Of a stretch of DNA of 64,000 bases, positions 45,655 to 55,754 are shown piece after piece. How positions within the stretch are numbered: the first letter of the stretch is position 1; every line of letters starts with the position of its first letter. Source of the DNA: Dehalococcoidia bacterium. Lineage in GTDB: Bacteria > Chloroflexota > Dehalococcoidia > GIF9 > AB-539-J10. The translations under genes were made by a program, and so were the position numbers. Under the pieces are notes generated by a model. It saw only the letters and a program-made list of their open reading frames with translations. It was not told the origin of the DNA and made no database searches. The DNA lies in the NCBI GenBank assembly GCA_030612025.1, contig JAUWOR010000008.1, positions 15,792 to 79,791 of the forward strand, given 5' to 3'.

Positions 45655-47364
45655 TTACAAGATCAGGTTCTGCAGGCTACCCACGGTCAGTGCCGCGGCT
45701 ACCATTATTCCCGTAGCTTTAAGGGTGTCTCTTGTCCGTAGCTCTCGAGCCAGTATCACAAAGGTAGCCACACAAGGGAAAAACATAGCTAGGACCGTAC
45801 TGCTGATAACCAGCTGCTTAGCAGTTAATGCTAAGGGAGCTAGCATGCCCATAGCCACGTCCTTACGCAAAAAGCCAATAACTAGGGCAACAACTGTTTC
45901 CTTGGGCAACCCCAGCAACTCGCTCACAATCGGGGCAGCAATATTAGCAATAGCATCGAAAACCCCTAAAGCATAGAGAATATTTACCACCAGCACAGTG
46001 CTAAGAACTATGGGCAAAGCTTCTTTGATAAAGCCGGAGACCCGCAGCCAAAGCTTCTCACCGATGACTCGCCACGGCGGCAAGCGATAGGGCGGAATTT
46101 CCACCAGAAGTTCCGGGCTGAAACCCTTGACAATGCGATTAAGGATAAGCCCTATGATAACCCAAGATGCAAACAGGCTACCGTAGACCATAGCTACGTA
46201 CTGTCCACCTTGCTGCCCCACCAGTCCTATTATCATAGCTTGCAACGCTGCGCATGGAACGCCAATAGAAATCAAAGTAGCCGCAATAAACCTTTGTCTA
46301 CGGCTCTCCAAAATACGGGTTGCCATAACCGCAGGCACATTGCATCCAAAGCCGAGGATAGTAGGGATGATGGCATAACCGTGTAGCCCCAACCTGTGCA
46401 TTAGGGTATCCATCAATACTGCTAAACGGGGTAGGTAACCAACATCTTCCAGTATTCCTAACGCCAGGTAAAAAGAGACGATATACGGTAACACCGCACC
46501 AAGAGGGATGTAAAATCCAGTGCTAAGCAAACCAAAGGATTGAAAATAGTCAATTTCCCCAGCAATAAGGTTGCCTATCAAGACACTGTGCCAGAAACCT
46601 CCTGACCCTAAAGCAAGGCTCACTTTCATTAGCAAAGGGGTCCATAGCCACTCGAAAAGAGGGTCGGTCACGTAACCAATGATACTCTCACCAATAAGGC
46701 GGATGACCCAAAAGGTGGCAAGGAGAACCACCAGGGCGATGAAAACTCCGCCCACCGGATGATCGCTGACGTCTTCCAGAACATCACGCCAGGTATGGTG
46801 GTGATGGCTTAACGATTGCACTTGACTGACGATATTGCCAACTCTTGCCCATCGTTCATCACTACCAGAATAAGTAGTTTTAGGCACCTTCGCTTCTGGA
46901 AGACGCCTGACTAACCCCTTTATTCCTTGCCCGGTTACCCCTACTGTGGGGACAACTGGCACCCCGAGAAGTTCTTCTAGCTTGGCAACATCGATATTTA
47001 TGCCTCGGTGACGAGTATCGTCCCAAATATTGAGGGCAACTATTACCGGTACTTGTCTTTCCAGCAGCTGCAAGGTGAGATTGAGGTTTCTCTCCAAATT
47101 GGTGGCATCAACAACATCGATGACTAAATCCCCGTCTTTAAGCATCTCCACAGCCACCTCTTCCGCCTTACTAGTCGGCTCAAGAGTATAGGTGCCAGGC
47201 ACATCGATAACTTCAGCTTGCTCTTCACCCAGTTTCAAATGACCCTTGGTGAACTGCACCGTGGTGCCGGGATAATTGGAAGCGATTATGTGTATACCAG
47301 TAAGCCGGGAAAACAGGGCGCTTTTGCCCACATTAGGATTACCCACAAGTAGGATTCGCATCAT
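45655..47364 (-). CDS. feoB: ferrous iron transporter FeoB
   Basis: LVGNPNVGKSALF G-domain plus a multi-TM permease. 569 aa. Confidence 0.9.
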   Translation of the reverse strand: MMRILLVGNPNVGKSALFSRLTGIHIIASNYPGTTVQFTKGHLKLGEEQAEVIDVPGTYTLEPTSKAEEVAVEMLKDGDLVIDVVDATNLERNLNLTLQLLERQVPVIVALNIWDDTRHRGINIDVAKLEELLGVPVVPTVGVTGQGIKGLVRRLPEAKVPKTTYSGSDERWARVGNIVSQVQSLSHHHHTWRDVLEDVSDHPVGGVFIALVVLLATFWVIRLIGESIIGYVTDPLFEWLWTPLLMKVSLALGSGGFWHSVLIGNLIAGEIDYFQSFGLLSTGFYIPLGAVLPYIVSFYLALGILEDVGYLPRLAVLMDTLMHRLGLHGYAIIPTILGFGCNVPAVMATRILESRRQRFIAATLISIGVPCAALQAMIIGLVGQQGGQYVAMVYGSLFASWVIIGLILNRIVKGFSPELLVEIPPYRLPPWRVIGEKLWLRVSGFIKEALPIVLSTVLVVNILYALGVFDAIANIAAPIVSELLGLPKETVVALVIGFLRKDVAMGMLAPLALTAKQLVISSTVLAMFFPCVATFVILARELRTRDTLKATGIMVAAALTVGSLQNLIL

Positions 47365-47391
47365 CTCCTAACAAAGTTCCCAGGCAGATAT

Positions 47392-47640
47392 TTATCCAAC
47401 CTCGACTATTATTCTGTTAGCCATGCCAAAGCCAATAGCTAGCTGGGCATTATCCACCCTGAGAGTAACCGGCCCGCGAAAAAGAGTAGAACTTACTTTA
47501 GTCACCTTCTTCCCCGGCCTGATATCCAAAGCCTCCAGCCGCCGCATTAAGCCTCGCCCCCCCAGAATTCCAATTACAGTTCCAGTCTGTCCAATTTCCA
47601 TCTGGCGCAAGGTCAATTGTCTCCCTTGGTGAATAGTCAT
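47392..47640 (-). CDS. feoA: FeoA family protein
   Basis: 82 aa, SH3-like FeoA sequence (LRQMEIGQTGTVIGI..RRLEALDIRPG). Confidence 0.85.
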   Translation of the reverse strand: MTIHQGRQLTLRQMEIGQTGTVIGILGGRGLMRRLEALDIRPGKKVTKVSSTLFRGPVTLRVDNAQLAIGFGMANRIIVEVG

Positions 47641-47824
47641 AATTTATCCCCTATCTCTGAAATGTCTTAACAAGGCCTCCCAAATAGCAGTCTTAGTTCT
47701 TCTAAATGCAGTCAGCCTACTTCGTGATTCTTTCTTATCTTGAATACTATGGTGAAAAACATATTGGCAACTACTCAATACCCTGAATCACTAATACATT
47801 GGATTTGCCAAAACAAAATTTTGA

Positions 47825-47840
47825 GTTAGTCTTGTCTAAC
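47825..47840. promoter_or_regulatory. DtxR-type operator candidate upstream of feoAB
   Basis: GTTAGTCTTGTCTAAC has inverted arms GTTAG/CTAAC and is near-identical to the box at 48385. Confidence 0.5.
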
Positions 47841-47858
47841 TTACACATATCAAAATTT

Positions 47859-48365
47859 TTACTTTCTCCTCTCCTCCTTCTCCAAACCCTTAGCCAGACA
47901 CTCTTCAGGAAGCTGTCCATGCTCCAGATAATATTTATACCTTTTTGGGAAGTTAGGCTCTTCTAAGGGACATGCTTGTATAAACTCTATGAACTTAATC
48001 ATCCTCTCCAGACTTAGCGGGCTAATGACGTGCTCAATCTTGCAGGCATCCTCCTCAGCCGTTTCCCGATCAATGTCCAGCGCCTCAGTAAAAAAGCAGC
48101 TCAGTGCTTCATGACGGTGAACCACACCCTCAGCAACACTTTCACCCTCAGGAGTAAGCTCCACGTATCTATATCTCTCGTGCACCACAAGCCCCTTCTC
48201 TGAAAGCTTCTCCAAAGCTGAAGTAACGCTAGGCATTCTAACTTTCAGCCTTCGGCTGATCTGACTTACCCTCACTGCTTTATTCGCATCACGAAGCATG
48301 GCTATCGCCTCAAGATAATCTTCCATACTAGGAGTATGTTGCCTTTGCATTTCCTGTTTCACCAT
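47859..48365 (-). CDS. DtxR/MntR family metal-dependent transcriptional regulator
   Basis: SMEDYLEAIAML.., VRVSQISRRLKVRMPSVTSALEKLSEKGLV. 168 aa. Confidence 0.85.
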   Translation of the reverse strand: MVKQEMQRQHTPSMEDYLEAIAMLRDANKAVRVSQISRRLKVRMPSVTSALEKLSEKGLVVHERYRYVELTPEGESVAEGVVHRHEALSCFFTEALDIDRETAEEDACKIEHVISPLSLERMIKFIEFIQACPLEEPNFPKRYKYYLEHGQLPEECLAKGLEKEERRK

Positions 48366-48384
48366 CGCTCATCACTTCAAGAAT

Positions 48385-48402
48385 TGTTAGCCTTGTCTAA
48401 CA
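48385..48402. promoter_or_regulatory. DtxR-type operator candidate upstream of the regulator gene (autoregulation)
   Basis: TGTTAGCCTTGTCTAACA palindrome, 20-37 nt upstream of the ATG and directly downstream of a CATAAT -10-like hexamer on the minus strand. Confidence 0.5.
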
Positions 48403-48505
48403 ATTATGTCACTGCCTAATTTTCTTGTCAACACCCCCTCCGTATCTAGTTCCAAAAAAATTTGATATTATAGGCAGTAAAATAAATAGGTTTTAAGTTA
48501 TTATT

Positions 48506-49150
48506 ATGTCAAGCAAATTAGTAAGGTGGATAGGCAGCGATGAAGCTGGCAAGGGCGATTACTTTGGACCACTGGTGATTGCCGGCGTGTTGGTAGATAA
48601 CACAATTGTTAAGTCGCTTGAGGAATTGGGGGTAAAGGATAGCAAGAGGCTTTCTGCTAATTCAGTAAAAGAATTAGCAAACAAAATTAAGAAAATGTGC
48701 CTGTGCTCAGTAGTAACCATAGGACCGGCAAAATACAATGAACTATATAATAGGATAAGAAACCTAAATCGCCTGCTTGCCTGGGGGCACTCTAGAGCTA
48801 TAGAAAACATTCTAGATAGAGAAGAATGTGACTACGCCCTAGCTGACCAATTTGGAGACGAGAAATTTATAATCGCTGCCTTAATGGAAAAAGGTAAAGG
48901 GATAAAGGTGAAACAGGAAATTAGAGCTGAAAGCGATATAGGAGTAGCAGCAGCCTCAATACTAGCCAGGGCAGAGTTTGTTCATCGCCTGGCAACGCTG
49001 TCAGTAAAATATGGAATGGATTTTCCCAAAGGCGCTTCGCCAGCAGTAATTGAAACCGGAAAGGAATTTGTCAGGAGATACGGAAAGGAAAGGCTAATGG
49101 AAGTGGCTAAAATCCACTTTAAGACGACAAAATCAGTGCTCGCGGACTAA
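48506..49150 (+). CDS. RNase HII/HIII-family ribonuclease H (short, catalytic domain only)
   Basis: GSDEAGKGDYFGPLVIAGV and LGVKDSKRLS motifs. 214 aa. Confidence 0.75.
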   Translation: MSSKLVRWIGSDEAGKGDYFGPLVIAGVLVDNTIVKSLEELGVKDSKRLSANSVKELANKIKKMCLCSVVTIGPAKYNELYNRIRNLNRLLAWGHSRAIENILDREECDYALADQFGDEKFIIAALMEKGKGIKVKQEIRAESDIGVAAASILARAEFVHRLATLSVKYGMDFPKGASPAVIETGKEFVRRYGKERLMEVAKIHFKTTKSVLAD

Positions 49151-49309
49151 AAGGAGGAGAGAGATGGAGCCCAATTTATTGGGCGTCTGTGCCTGATAAA
49201 TCAAGCAACTACAAAATTTGGAGGTGAAGAATTTCCGGGATAGTCAAGACAAATCTGAATCCAAAGCTAGAGCAAAATTAAACAGCCTAAGAATAAGAAA
49301 GGAGGGGAA

Positions 49310-49888
49310 ATGGAGGTAATTATCAACAACACAAAATTATCCCTAATCCAAGGAGATATCACCGAGCAAGCTACCGATGCCATAGTCAATGCCGCCAACC
49401 CCAGTCTAATGGGAGGTGGTGGTGTGGATGGTGCCATACATCGAGCTGGAGGGCCAGCTATCTTAGAAGAATGTAAGCAAATCGTTGCTAAACAGGGGCG
49501 ATTGCCCACAGGAAAAGCTGTGATTACCACTGGAGGAAATCTTAAGGCAAAATATGTCATACATACTGTTGGCCCCATCTGGCGTGGCGGAAGTAGAAAT
49601 GAAGCTGAGCTTTTAGCTAGCGCCTATCATGAATCCTTAACAGTGGCGGCTGAGAATAAGTTAGCCAGCATCTCCTTTCCCTCCATAAGCACAGGAGCTT
49701 ATGGCTACCCGGTGGCTGAGGCAGCCAGGATAGCCCTGAGAACCGTGGTTTCATTTCTCAAAGAACAAGCCACCTCTATCAAAGAGGTGGTATTCGTTCT
49801 TTTTGATTCCAAAACTTATGAAAGCTATTGCTCTGCGCTGCAGGAGATAATAGGCGGTTCTAAAACCCAGAAATATAAAGAGCATTAG
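49310..49888 (+). CDS. macro domain protein (O-acetyl-ADP-ribose deacetylase / ADP-ribose-binding, YmdB/MacroD-like)
   Basis: [46 protein letters not shown]. Confidence 0.85.
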   Translation: MEVIINNTKLSLIQGDITEQATDAIVNAANPSLMGGGGVDGAIHRAGGPAILEECKQIVAKQGRLPTGKAVITTGGNLKAKYVIHTVGPIWRGGSRNEAELLASAYHESLTVAAENKLASISFPSISTGAYGYPVAEAARIALRTVVSFLKEQATSIKEVVFVLFDSKTYESYCSALQEIIGGSKTQKYKEH

Positions 49889-49927
49889 AGCAGGCCTGGT
49901 TGAATGGTATTGGTAGAGTATAAGCCC

Positions 49928-50329
49928 TTACACAGAACGAATCTTTAGATTTTCTACTGCTTCAAAATGTCTTATGTTACTAGTGAGAAGAGTAAGGTTA
50001 TGATAAAGGCAGGTAGAAGCAATTAAGAGATCGAAGTCACCAATTATTCTTCCCTGCCGTCTTAATCTTCCCCGCTCTTTACCAAAGATTCTACAAATCC
50101 TTTCATCAATGCCAAGAATCACCAAATCTGGAGCTAGAAACCTCTTAAGGGTTTCCTCGCTTAGGACTGGATCACGAGAATAATAAATCCCCTCGTAAAG
50201 CTCAGCTAAAGAAACAATACTCAAAGCTAAACCTTGTGGGGCTAATTCCTCTAACTTCCTCGTAACTTTTTCTATCTTGTTGAAGTGGTCAATAATCCAG
50301 TCAGTATCAATAAGATAGGAAGTATTCAT
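49928..50329 (-). CDS. vapC: PIN-domain toxin VapC
   Basis: YLIDTDWII.., ..LLIASTCLYHNLTLLTSNIRHF. 133 aa. 4-nt overlap with the upstream antitoxin gene. Confidence 0.8.
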   Translation of the reverse strand: MNTSYLIDTDWIIDHFNKIEKVTRKLEELAPQGLALSIVSLAELYEGIYYSRDPVLSEETLKRFLAPDLVILGIDERICRIFGKERGRLRRQGRIIGDFDLLIASTCLYHNLTLLTSNIRHFEAVENLKIRSV

Positions 50330-50571
50330 AGCCTTATCTCTGGTCTGGTGCTAACAAGGCGATCAGCATAAATATTCTTTTTTAGCTCCTCAGCATCTAC
50401 TAAATCCTTCCAGCCCCCAGATGTAGCCTTCAGAGCTTCAAGGAATTTCTCTGCTTTAGAGCAGGGGATTTCAGAGATAGTGATAATCAGCTCTTTCCCT
50501 TCTTCAAATTCTAGTTTCTCTAATGGCTCAATTATTCCTTTTGAGAACCTTGCTTTTATGCTCCTTGCCAT
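50326..50571 (-). CDS. antitoxin of the VapBC pair (DUF104/AF2212-like N-terminus)
   Basis: MARSIKARFSKGIIEPLEKLEFEEGKELIITI. The ATG at 50571 has GGAG 5 nt upstream. Confidence 0.65.
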   Translation of the reverse strand: MARSIKARFSKGIIEPLEKLEFEEGKELIITISEIPCSKAEKFLEALKATSGGWKDLVDAEELKKNIYADRLVSTRPEIRL

Positions 50572-50757
50572 TTTCACTCCCTTGTTTTTGGCGATTAAGT
50601 TTTCTATCTATTTTTAGATTTCTAAATCTCGACCATTACTAAGTTTACTCCACCTGTGGAGACTGTCAAGGCGCATTGGTTTTTATGATGCTCAATCTGG
50701 ATCAAAAAGTTCATCGAAGCTGTTTATAGTTAACCACATAGGTCGTTGCACAATTTT

Positions 50758-50790
50758 CCCTGTCATTGCGAGCAAAGCGAAGCAATCCCA
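50758..50790. repeat. short REP-like element (CCCTGTCATTGCGAGCAAAGCGAAGCAATCCC)
   Basis: Minimal version of the GTCATTGCGAGC..GAAGCAATC family. Confidence 0.6.
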
Positions 50791-50948
50791 TACAGAATGT
50801 TGGGGCTTTTGGTGGTATTATACCTCGCCGCACGGGCTAACAAGCCATTGAGCATTTCGAGGTAGAGGTGGCTGTGGATGTCACACTACGCTAAAAATGT
50901 TACTTATCGAGGATATTATAGAAGTAAACCTTCATATAGCAGGCAGCG

Positions 50949-53498
50949 TTATAGCTGGGTTGCCGCTAGAGCGTGGTGGTAAAGTTGCTCGAAGGTCGTG
51001 GCTGTAGTGGAGCGAAAAACATTTTCCGGAACCTTTATATAGTGCCAGGATACTCCGGTGAGCGCTGTGGCATCCTGACACCATTTAGTAGCCCGAACAT
51101 CTTTTCGAGCTACCTCTATATCCTCAAGTCCCTTGGTCTCTACCAAAAACATCTCGCCAGAGATAAGCCTGACTATGAAATCAGGATAGTAGTAGCGGAC
51201 GCCACCCTGAGAACTTAAGTATTCAATAGCAAAGTGAGTAGCTTCAGTGTTTTTGGCAAAGGCAGCCACACCTAGGACGCCATCAAGAAAGGCAGCGAAC
51301 TCAGCTTCGTAATGAGAATCACAGGCAACCAGGTTGAATATCGTCTTGTGCGCTGGATATGTCTCTTTTGTCCAGGGGAAAGCATTGGTACCACTAAACT
51401 TGATGGGGTTTCCCTGAATATGTACGGGGTGTGACTCTATAGTTAGGTTATTTATGGCTTGAGCAAAGACAGTGATAATTATCTGCCGGGCGTCAGGTTC
51501 GCTGAGACGGCGCAATATGGCTGGACTATTTAGGTCAACCTCGTGTCCGAACAGAATAGTACGGATATATTCTTTGACCAATGGCACCAGTTCAGCAAAG
51601 CGCCCTGGCATTCGTGCTTCCTTCAGAATCATCTGACTAAAATAAGCTATCACTCCTTCAGGCTGGTCTGGGAAGGGAATGAGTAAATCTTTTTCCTCCA
51701 CTATTTCTCTAGTTAGCATGTGGCGACCGGTATAGTGAATAATGTCTTCTTTCACGAGATAACCGCTAGGTAAGCTAATAGTCCGTTTTGGTATCTTGTC
51801 TAAGTCAAGGGCTTTTAAGGCGGCTACCGAACGGCTGAGTACCGGGGAGAGCTGGGGAATCTCTATATCGAACTCAAGTTTTGTTGATTCTACAATAATA
51901 GTCTTAATATCAATGCGGACATTCTCCAGGCGGTCGCGCTCAATCTCAAGCCCCTCCTCCTTTATCTCTCTATCCCAGAAGTCACGAAAGGCATCATGCT
52001 CAACAACTATAACTCTCTCTTCAAAGCCTGAGCCTGGTCCAGTCATACGACGCAGACCTCTGCCTAATGTCTGCTCAGGAAGGATGTTAGCTTTAGCAGT
52101 ATAAGGACGCAGCGGGACAATAACCACCACATTTCTTACGTCCCAGCCTTCCCGCAGCATAAGGACACTTACAATAACCCGGTATGGATTCTGGTCACTG
52201 TCAACCTCACGGCTGGCTTGGCGAGCATCATCAAGTTCTTTCTTGGTAATCTCGCCCTTCTTATCGGTGTGGATAGTAAGTACGTGGTTACTCAAGTCTG
52301 GCAGTGTCTCTAAATAATCTCTAATATCGTCTGCTGACCTAGTATCCTCGGTCATAACAAAAAGGACTGGTTTCTTGCCACTTTTCTGGAGGTCAGTCCA
52401 GTAGTCTCGCCATTTGGCAATGCCGGCGTCTATCCACTGGCGATAGCGTACCGAGGCGTCATTGCTGGGTATTTGCACTGGTCCGCCGATTTCACCCAGT
52501 ATAGGCTGTTTAACAATGCCATCTTGAATAGCCTGTGATACAGGGTAATCAACTATTATCTGGGGAAAGAGCTTTCCCTGTTGAGTCTTTGGTGTGGCCG
52601 AAAAGTCCAGTTGGGCAACTAACCCCGGTGCTCCCCGGCTCTGGAGTTGCTCGTGAAGATTTACAATGGTCTGATACCAGACCAGGTCTTCATCGTGAAC
52701 ATGGTGAGCTTCATCGTTAAGGAGCATCAGGTCAGAATGACGTAGAATGCGGTCAATAAGCTCTCCGGCAGAGACTTTAATCTCAAGTTTTGGTTTAGGA
52801 CCAAGCATTGCCTCAACCGGATTAGCTTCTTCTTTTGGCTCCCGCTCATAAAGGCGCTGGACATTGGTCAAGTAGAGTGTGCCAAGTGTGGTGGCTGGGG
52901 CTGGCTCATCTTGAAGAACAACTCGCATTTGCCAATCGGATGCCCACTCAGGCGGGACAAGCGGGTCTTGGTCTTCCCGGAAAATCTTGCCGCCGGCAAA
53001 GTCCTGCTTTAGTCTTTCAAAGACAATAACATTGGGGGCGATGAGAAGAAAAGTCTTAGCTAAAGGCGAATTTGGCTCTTTAATACTATGGAAATATGAC
53101 CAGACTATTGCTAGGCTCATTACTTTGGTCTTACCCGAACCGGTTGCCATCTTGAAGACATAACGAGGAAAGCGGTCTGCGGCCGGGTCATAGTAAACAC
53201 CCCCGCTACCGCCAAAATCCTGCATCAGTTTAGCAAAGGAGCGGGCTTGGACTACCTCGTAGCAATAGATAAGTGTTTCAGTGGCTTCACGCTGGCAGAA
53301 ATAGTAGCCGAAGGGCTTGCCATCAGGGCTGCGATGGTCTTCAAAGAACCAGTAGGTTAGCAATCGGCGTGTGGTATCAGAGATGCCGGGATAGTCTTGG
53401 GCTCGCCATCCATCCACTACTTGCCGTAGCTTGGACACCAGGTAGGCGACGGTGGAACGATGCTGAGTGGGTACAGCATACGGATTAAGCAGCTTCAC
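50949..53498 (-). CDS. res: Type III restriction endonuclease Res subunit (SF2 helicase + PD-(D/E)xK nuclease)
   Basis: MATGSGKT (motif I), LLNDEAHH (DEAH), C-terminal YYPDFIV..FLVETKG. 849 aa. 4-nt overlap with mod. Confidence 0.85.
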   Translation of the reverse strand: MKLLNPYAVPTQHRSTVAYLVSKLRQVVDGWRAQDYPGISDTTRRLLTYWFFEDHRSPDGKPFGYYFCQREATETLIYCYEVVQARSFAKLMQDFGGSGGVYYDPAADRFPRYVFKMATGSGKTKVMSLAIVWSYFHSIKEPNSPLAKTFLLIAPNVIVFERLKQDFAGGKIFREDQDPLVPPEWASDWQMRVVLQDEPAPATTLGTLYLTNVQRLYEREPKEEANPVEAMLGPKPKLEIKVSAGELIDRILRHSDLMLLNDEAHHVHDEDLVWYQTIVNLHEQLQSRGAPGLVAQLDFSATPKTQQGKLFPQIIVDYPVSQAIQDGIVKQPILGEIGGPVQIPSNDASVRYRQWIDAGIAKWRDYWTDLQKSGKKPVLFVMTEDTRSADDIRDYLETLPDLSNHVLTIHTDKKGEITKKELDDARQASREVDSDQNPYRVIVSVLMLREGWDVRNVVVIVPLRPYTAKANILPEQTLGRGLRRMTGPGSGFEERVIVVEHDAFRDFWDREIKEEGLEIERDRLENVRIDIKTIIVESTKLEFDIEIPQLSPVLSRSVAALKALDLDKIPKRTISLPSGYLVKEDIIHYTGRHMLTREIVEEKDLLIPFPDQPEGVIAYFSQMILKEARMPGRFAELVPLVKEYIRTILFGHEVDLNSPAILRRLSEPDARQIIITVFAQAINNLTIESHPVHIQGNPIKFSGTNAFPWTKETYPAHKTIFNLVACDSHYEAEFAAFLDGVLGVAAFAKNTEATHFAIEYLSSQGGVRYYYPDFIVRLISGEMFLVETKGLEDIEVARKDVRATKWCQDATALTGVSWHYIKVPENVFRSTTATTFEQLYHHALAATQL

Positions 53499-55492
53499 TG
53501 TACGTTAACCTCCAGTAGCTTGGTGGTGTCGTTGCCGAAGATGTCTACTATTTTTACCAGGAGCTTATAGGTGCCGGGACTGAGATAGTTATGCCAGTCG
53601 CTTTCGGCAGCCAGCGTTGAGTGTTTTCGGGTGCGATATGACTGCCACTGGTTGTGAAAGGTGTCTTCTTTGAAGTCCCAGTCAACCGCCCAGTAGTCAA
53701 CGTAATCTGACCATTTCTTGACTTTATCCCGCACCTCAAGGGGAACAAGCTCTAAGCTGGGGATAATGAAGTCCCTGAGAGCTATTTGAACCGCTGTTCC
53801 CTGCTGTCTGACCTCAGTTTCAACATAAGCCAGCTCATAGAAATGGACATCGCCAGCTTCCACCGCCCGCTTGTCCATGACCTCTCTGGGGATATTAAGC
53901 AGACGCAGGTCTATGCCTCGCCGCCTGGCTTCATTGCCAACCACATCGTGAAGCCCCATCTCCCACTCCCAACCCAAAACATCCAGAGCCGTTAATCTGT
54001 TGGCTAAGCATTCTTCTAAAGCCTCTATGATTTCAGAGAGGGTAACCGGGGCATCGGTGGCGCCGACATGAACCATTCTGCCTGCCTTTCTGCCGTGAAG
54101 GTGGCTAAAACCGATGACCGGCTCAGCATGGTAGAGCCTAATGATAAAAGCCAGGTATTCAAAGATAGCCTTCTGGCTGTCTTTCTGCCGACCACTTATG
54201 CCATTCATCTGCCAGTATTTTCGTTCATATTTACCCAGATTCAGGATTTCAAAAGGCTGGCAATCGGGAATGTCCAGCAAACGCTTTCTGCTAGTGTGAA
54301 TGGCAAACCTGCCTAAATCGCAGCCGAGCCACCGCCTGCCCAGCTTCTCAGCCACCGCCAGTGTCGTCCCCGAGCCACAGAAGAAGTCGGCAATAATTCC
54401 GTTAGGCGGACATGCCATCTTGATAACTCTTCCTACCAATCCTTCGGGCTTCTGCGTTTCGAAATTCACCTTTTCTAAGCTGTGGGCACCAAGATATCGA
54501 ACGCCCTCATCATCCCAGATGCTCTGAACCGGTTGATATTGGTGTTCATCAAGGTACTGTTTATAGTGAACCGCTCCACCCCCTGTTATAACGATTAACC
54601 CACTTGCCCAAGCCTCATCTATTTTCTCCTGGCTCCAGCGCCAGTGCGTGCCCGGGGGAGGCACAATCATCTTATCCCCAAAGCGCCTGACAGGCCCAGC
54701 ACCTTTTGCATTCATTGAAACGAGCCTATATCTACGACCATCAGCATCTTCATATTTGTAGAAGTCTTCAATGTATTCCTTGCGTAGCGGCACACCCGGT
54801 TGTTTGAAATAATAAGAGTCGCTCCGGGAATACCAAAGAATGTTATCATGAATCTGCCCACAGCCTTTGCGATCCCCATGAGCAGTTACCCTTCGCCATA
54901 CAATTTCATTTACAAAGTTCTCCTTCCCAAAAATTTCATCCATCATCAGCTTCACATAGTGCCCCACATGCCAATCCATGTGGACATAAATACTCCCGTT
55001 CTCCGCCAGTAGCTCTCGCATCAAGACCAGGCGCTCATACATCATCTGGAGATAGGAATCAGTGCCTTTGCCCCAAGTATCGTTATAGGCTTTCTGCTCA
55101 ATGATAGAGGGCTGTTTGACCAGCTCCTCGTCGCCTATCTTGACCCTGAAGCTGAAATCATCGCCGGTATCAAAGGGTGGGTCAATATAGATAAGGTTAA
55201 TCTTACCGGCAAAGCCTTCTTTCAGCAGAGAAGCCAGGACATACTTGTTATCACCCCAGATAAGCTTATTGCGCCAGACATCTTTATCAGCAGGTTTACC
55301 TTCAAAAAGAGGTAAGGGCGGCAAGCCTGCAAGTAGCGGCGTCTGCTCCCTGGTAGCCCGGGACTGATTTATGGTCTCAATGACCTGAAAGGGCAGCGGA
55401 ACACGCTCTACTTGGGTGCGCTTGCCTTCCCAGACCAGCTCAGTTCCTGTGGCATTAACCCTTAGTTTCTCGCTCTCGGTCATCCCTGCCAT
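53495..55492 (-). CDS. mod: Type III R-M DNA methyltransferase Mod subunit (beta-class N6A/N4C MTase)
   Basis: LIYIDPPFDTG (motif IV) precedes ADFFCGSGTTLAVA (motif I). 665 aa. Confidence 0.85.
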   Translation of the reverse strand: MAGMTESEKLRVNATGTELVWEGKRTQVERVPLPFQVIETINQSRATREQTPLLAGLPPLPLFEGKPADKDVWRNKLIWGDNKYVLASLLKEGFAGKINLIYIDPPFDTGDDFSFRVKIGDEELVKQPSIIEQKAYNDTWGKGTDSYLQMMYERLVLMRELLAENGSIYVHMDWHVGHYVKLMMDEIFGKENFVNEIVWRRVTAHGDRKGCGQIHDNILWYSRSDSYYFKQPGVPLRKEYIEDFYKYEDADGRRYRLVSMNAKGAGPVRRFGDKMIVPPPGTHWRWSQEKIDEAWASGLIVITGGGAVHYKQYLDEHQYQPVQSIWDDEGVRYLGAHSLEKVNFETQKPEGLVGRVIKMACPPNGIIADFFCGSGTTLAVAEKLGRRWLGCDLGRFAIHTSRKRLLDIPDCQPFEILNLGKYERKYWQMNGISGRQKDSQKAIFEYLAFIIRLYHAEPVIGFSHLHGRKAGRMVHVGATDAPVTLSEIIEALEECLANRLTALDVLGWEWEMGLHDVVGNEARRRGIDLRLLNIPREVMDKRAVEAGDVHFYELAYVETEVRQQGTAVQIALRDFIIPSLELVPLEVRDKVKKWSDYVDYWAVDWDFKEDTFHNQWQSYRTRKHSTLAAESDWHNYLSPGTYKLLVKIVDIFGNDTTKLLEVNVQ

Positions 55493-55754
55493 ATTCTTAC
55501 TATATGGCTTGGCTAAGGCTCTGTCAACATACCCGCTTCAGAACCACGGCACGGAGATATGGTAGAATTACCTTGTGTCAGCCCTAAGTGAACAAACCGT
55601 CATAATGTTTACCAGACTGGCTTTAACTTGAACTTAGCTGTGTCGAGCCTTATTACATATATACCGAAGACGCTTGATATTCCGTCTGGGGCAAGTTAGT
55701 AGAATATTTCGTGACTATATTGCTTACAAGTGAACTAAATTATAAAATAGGCTT

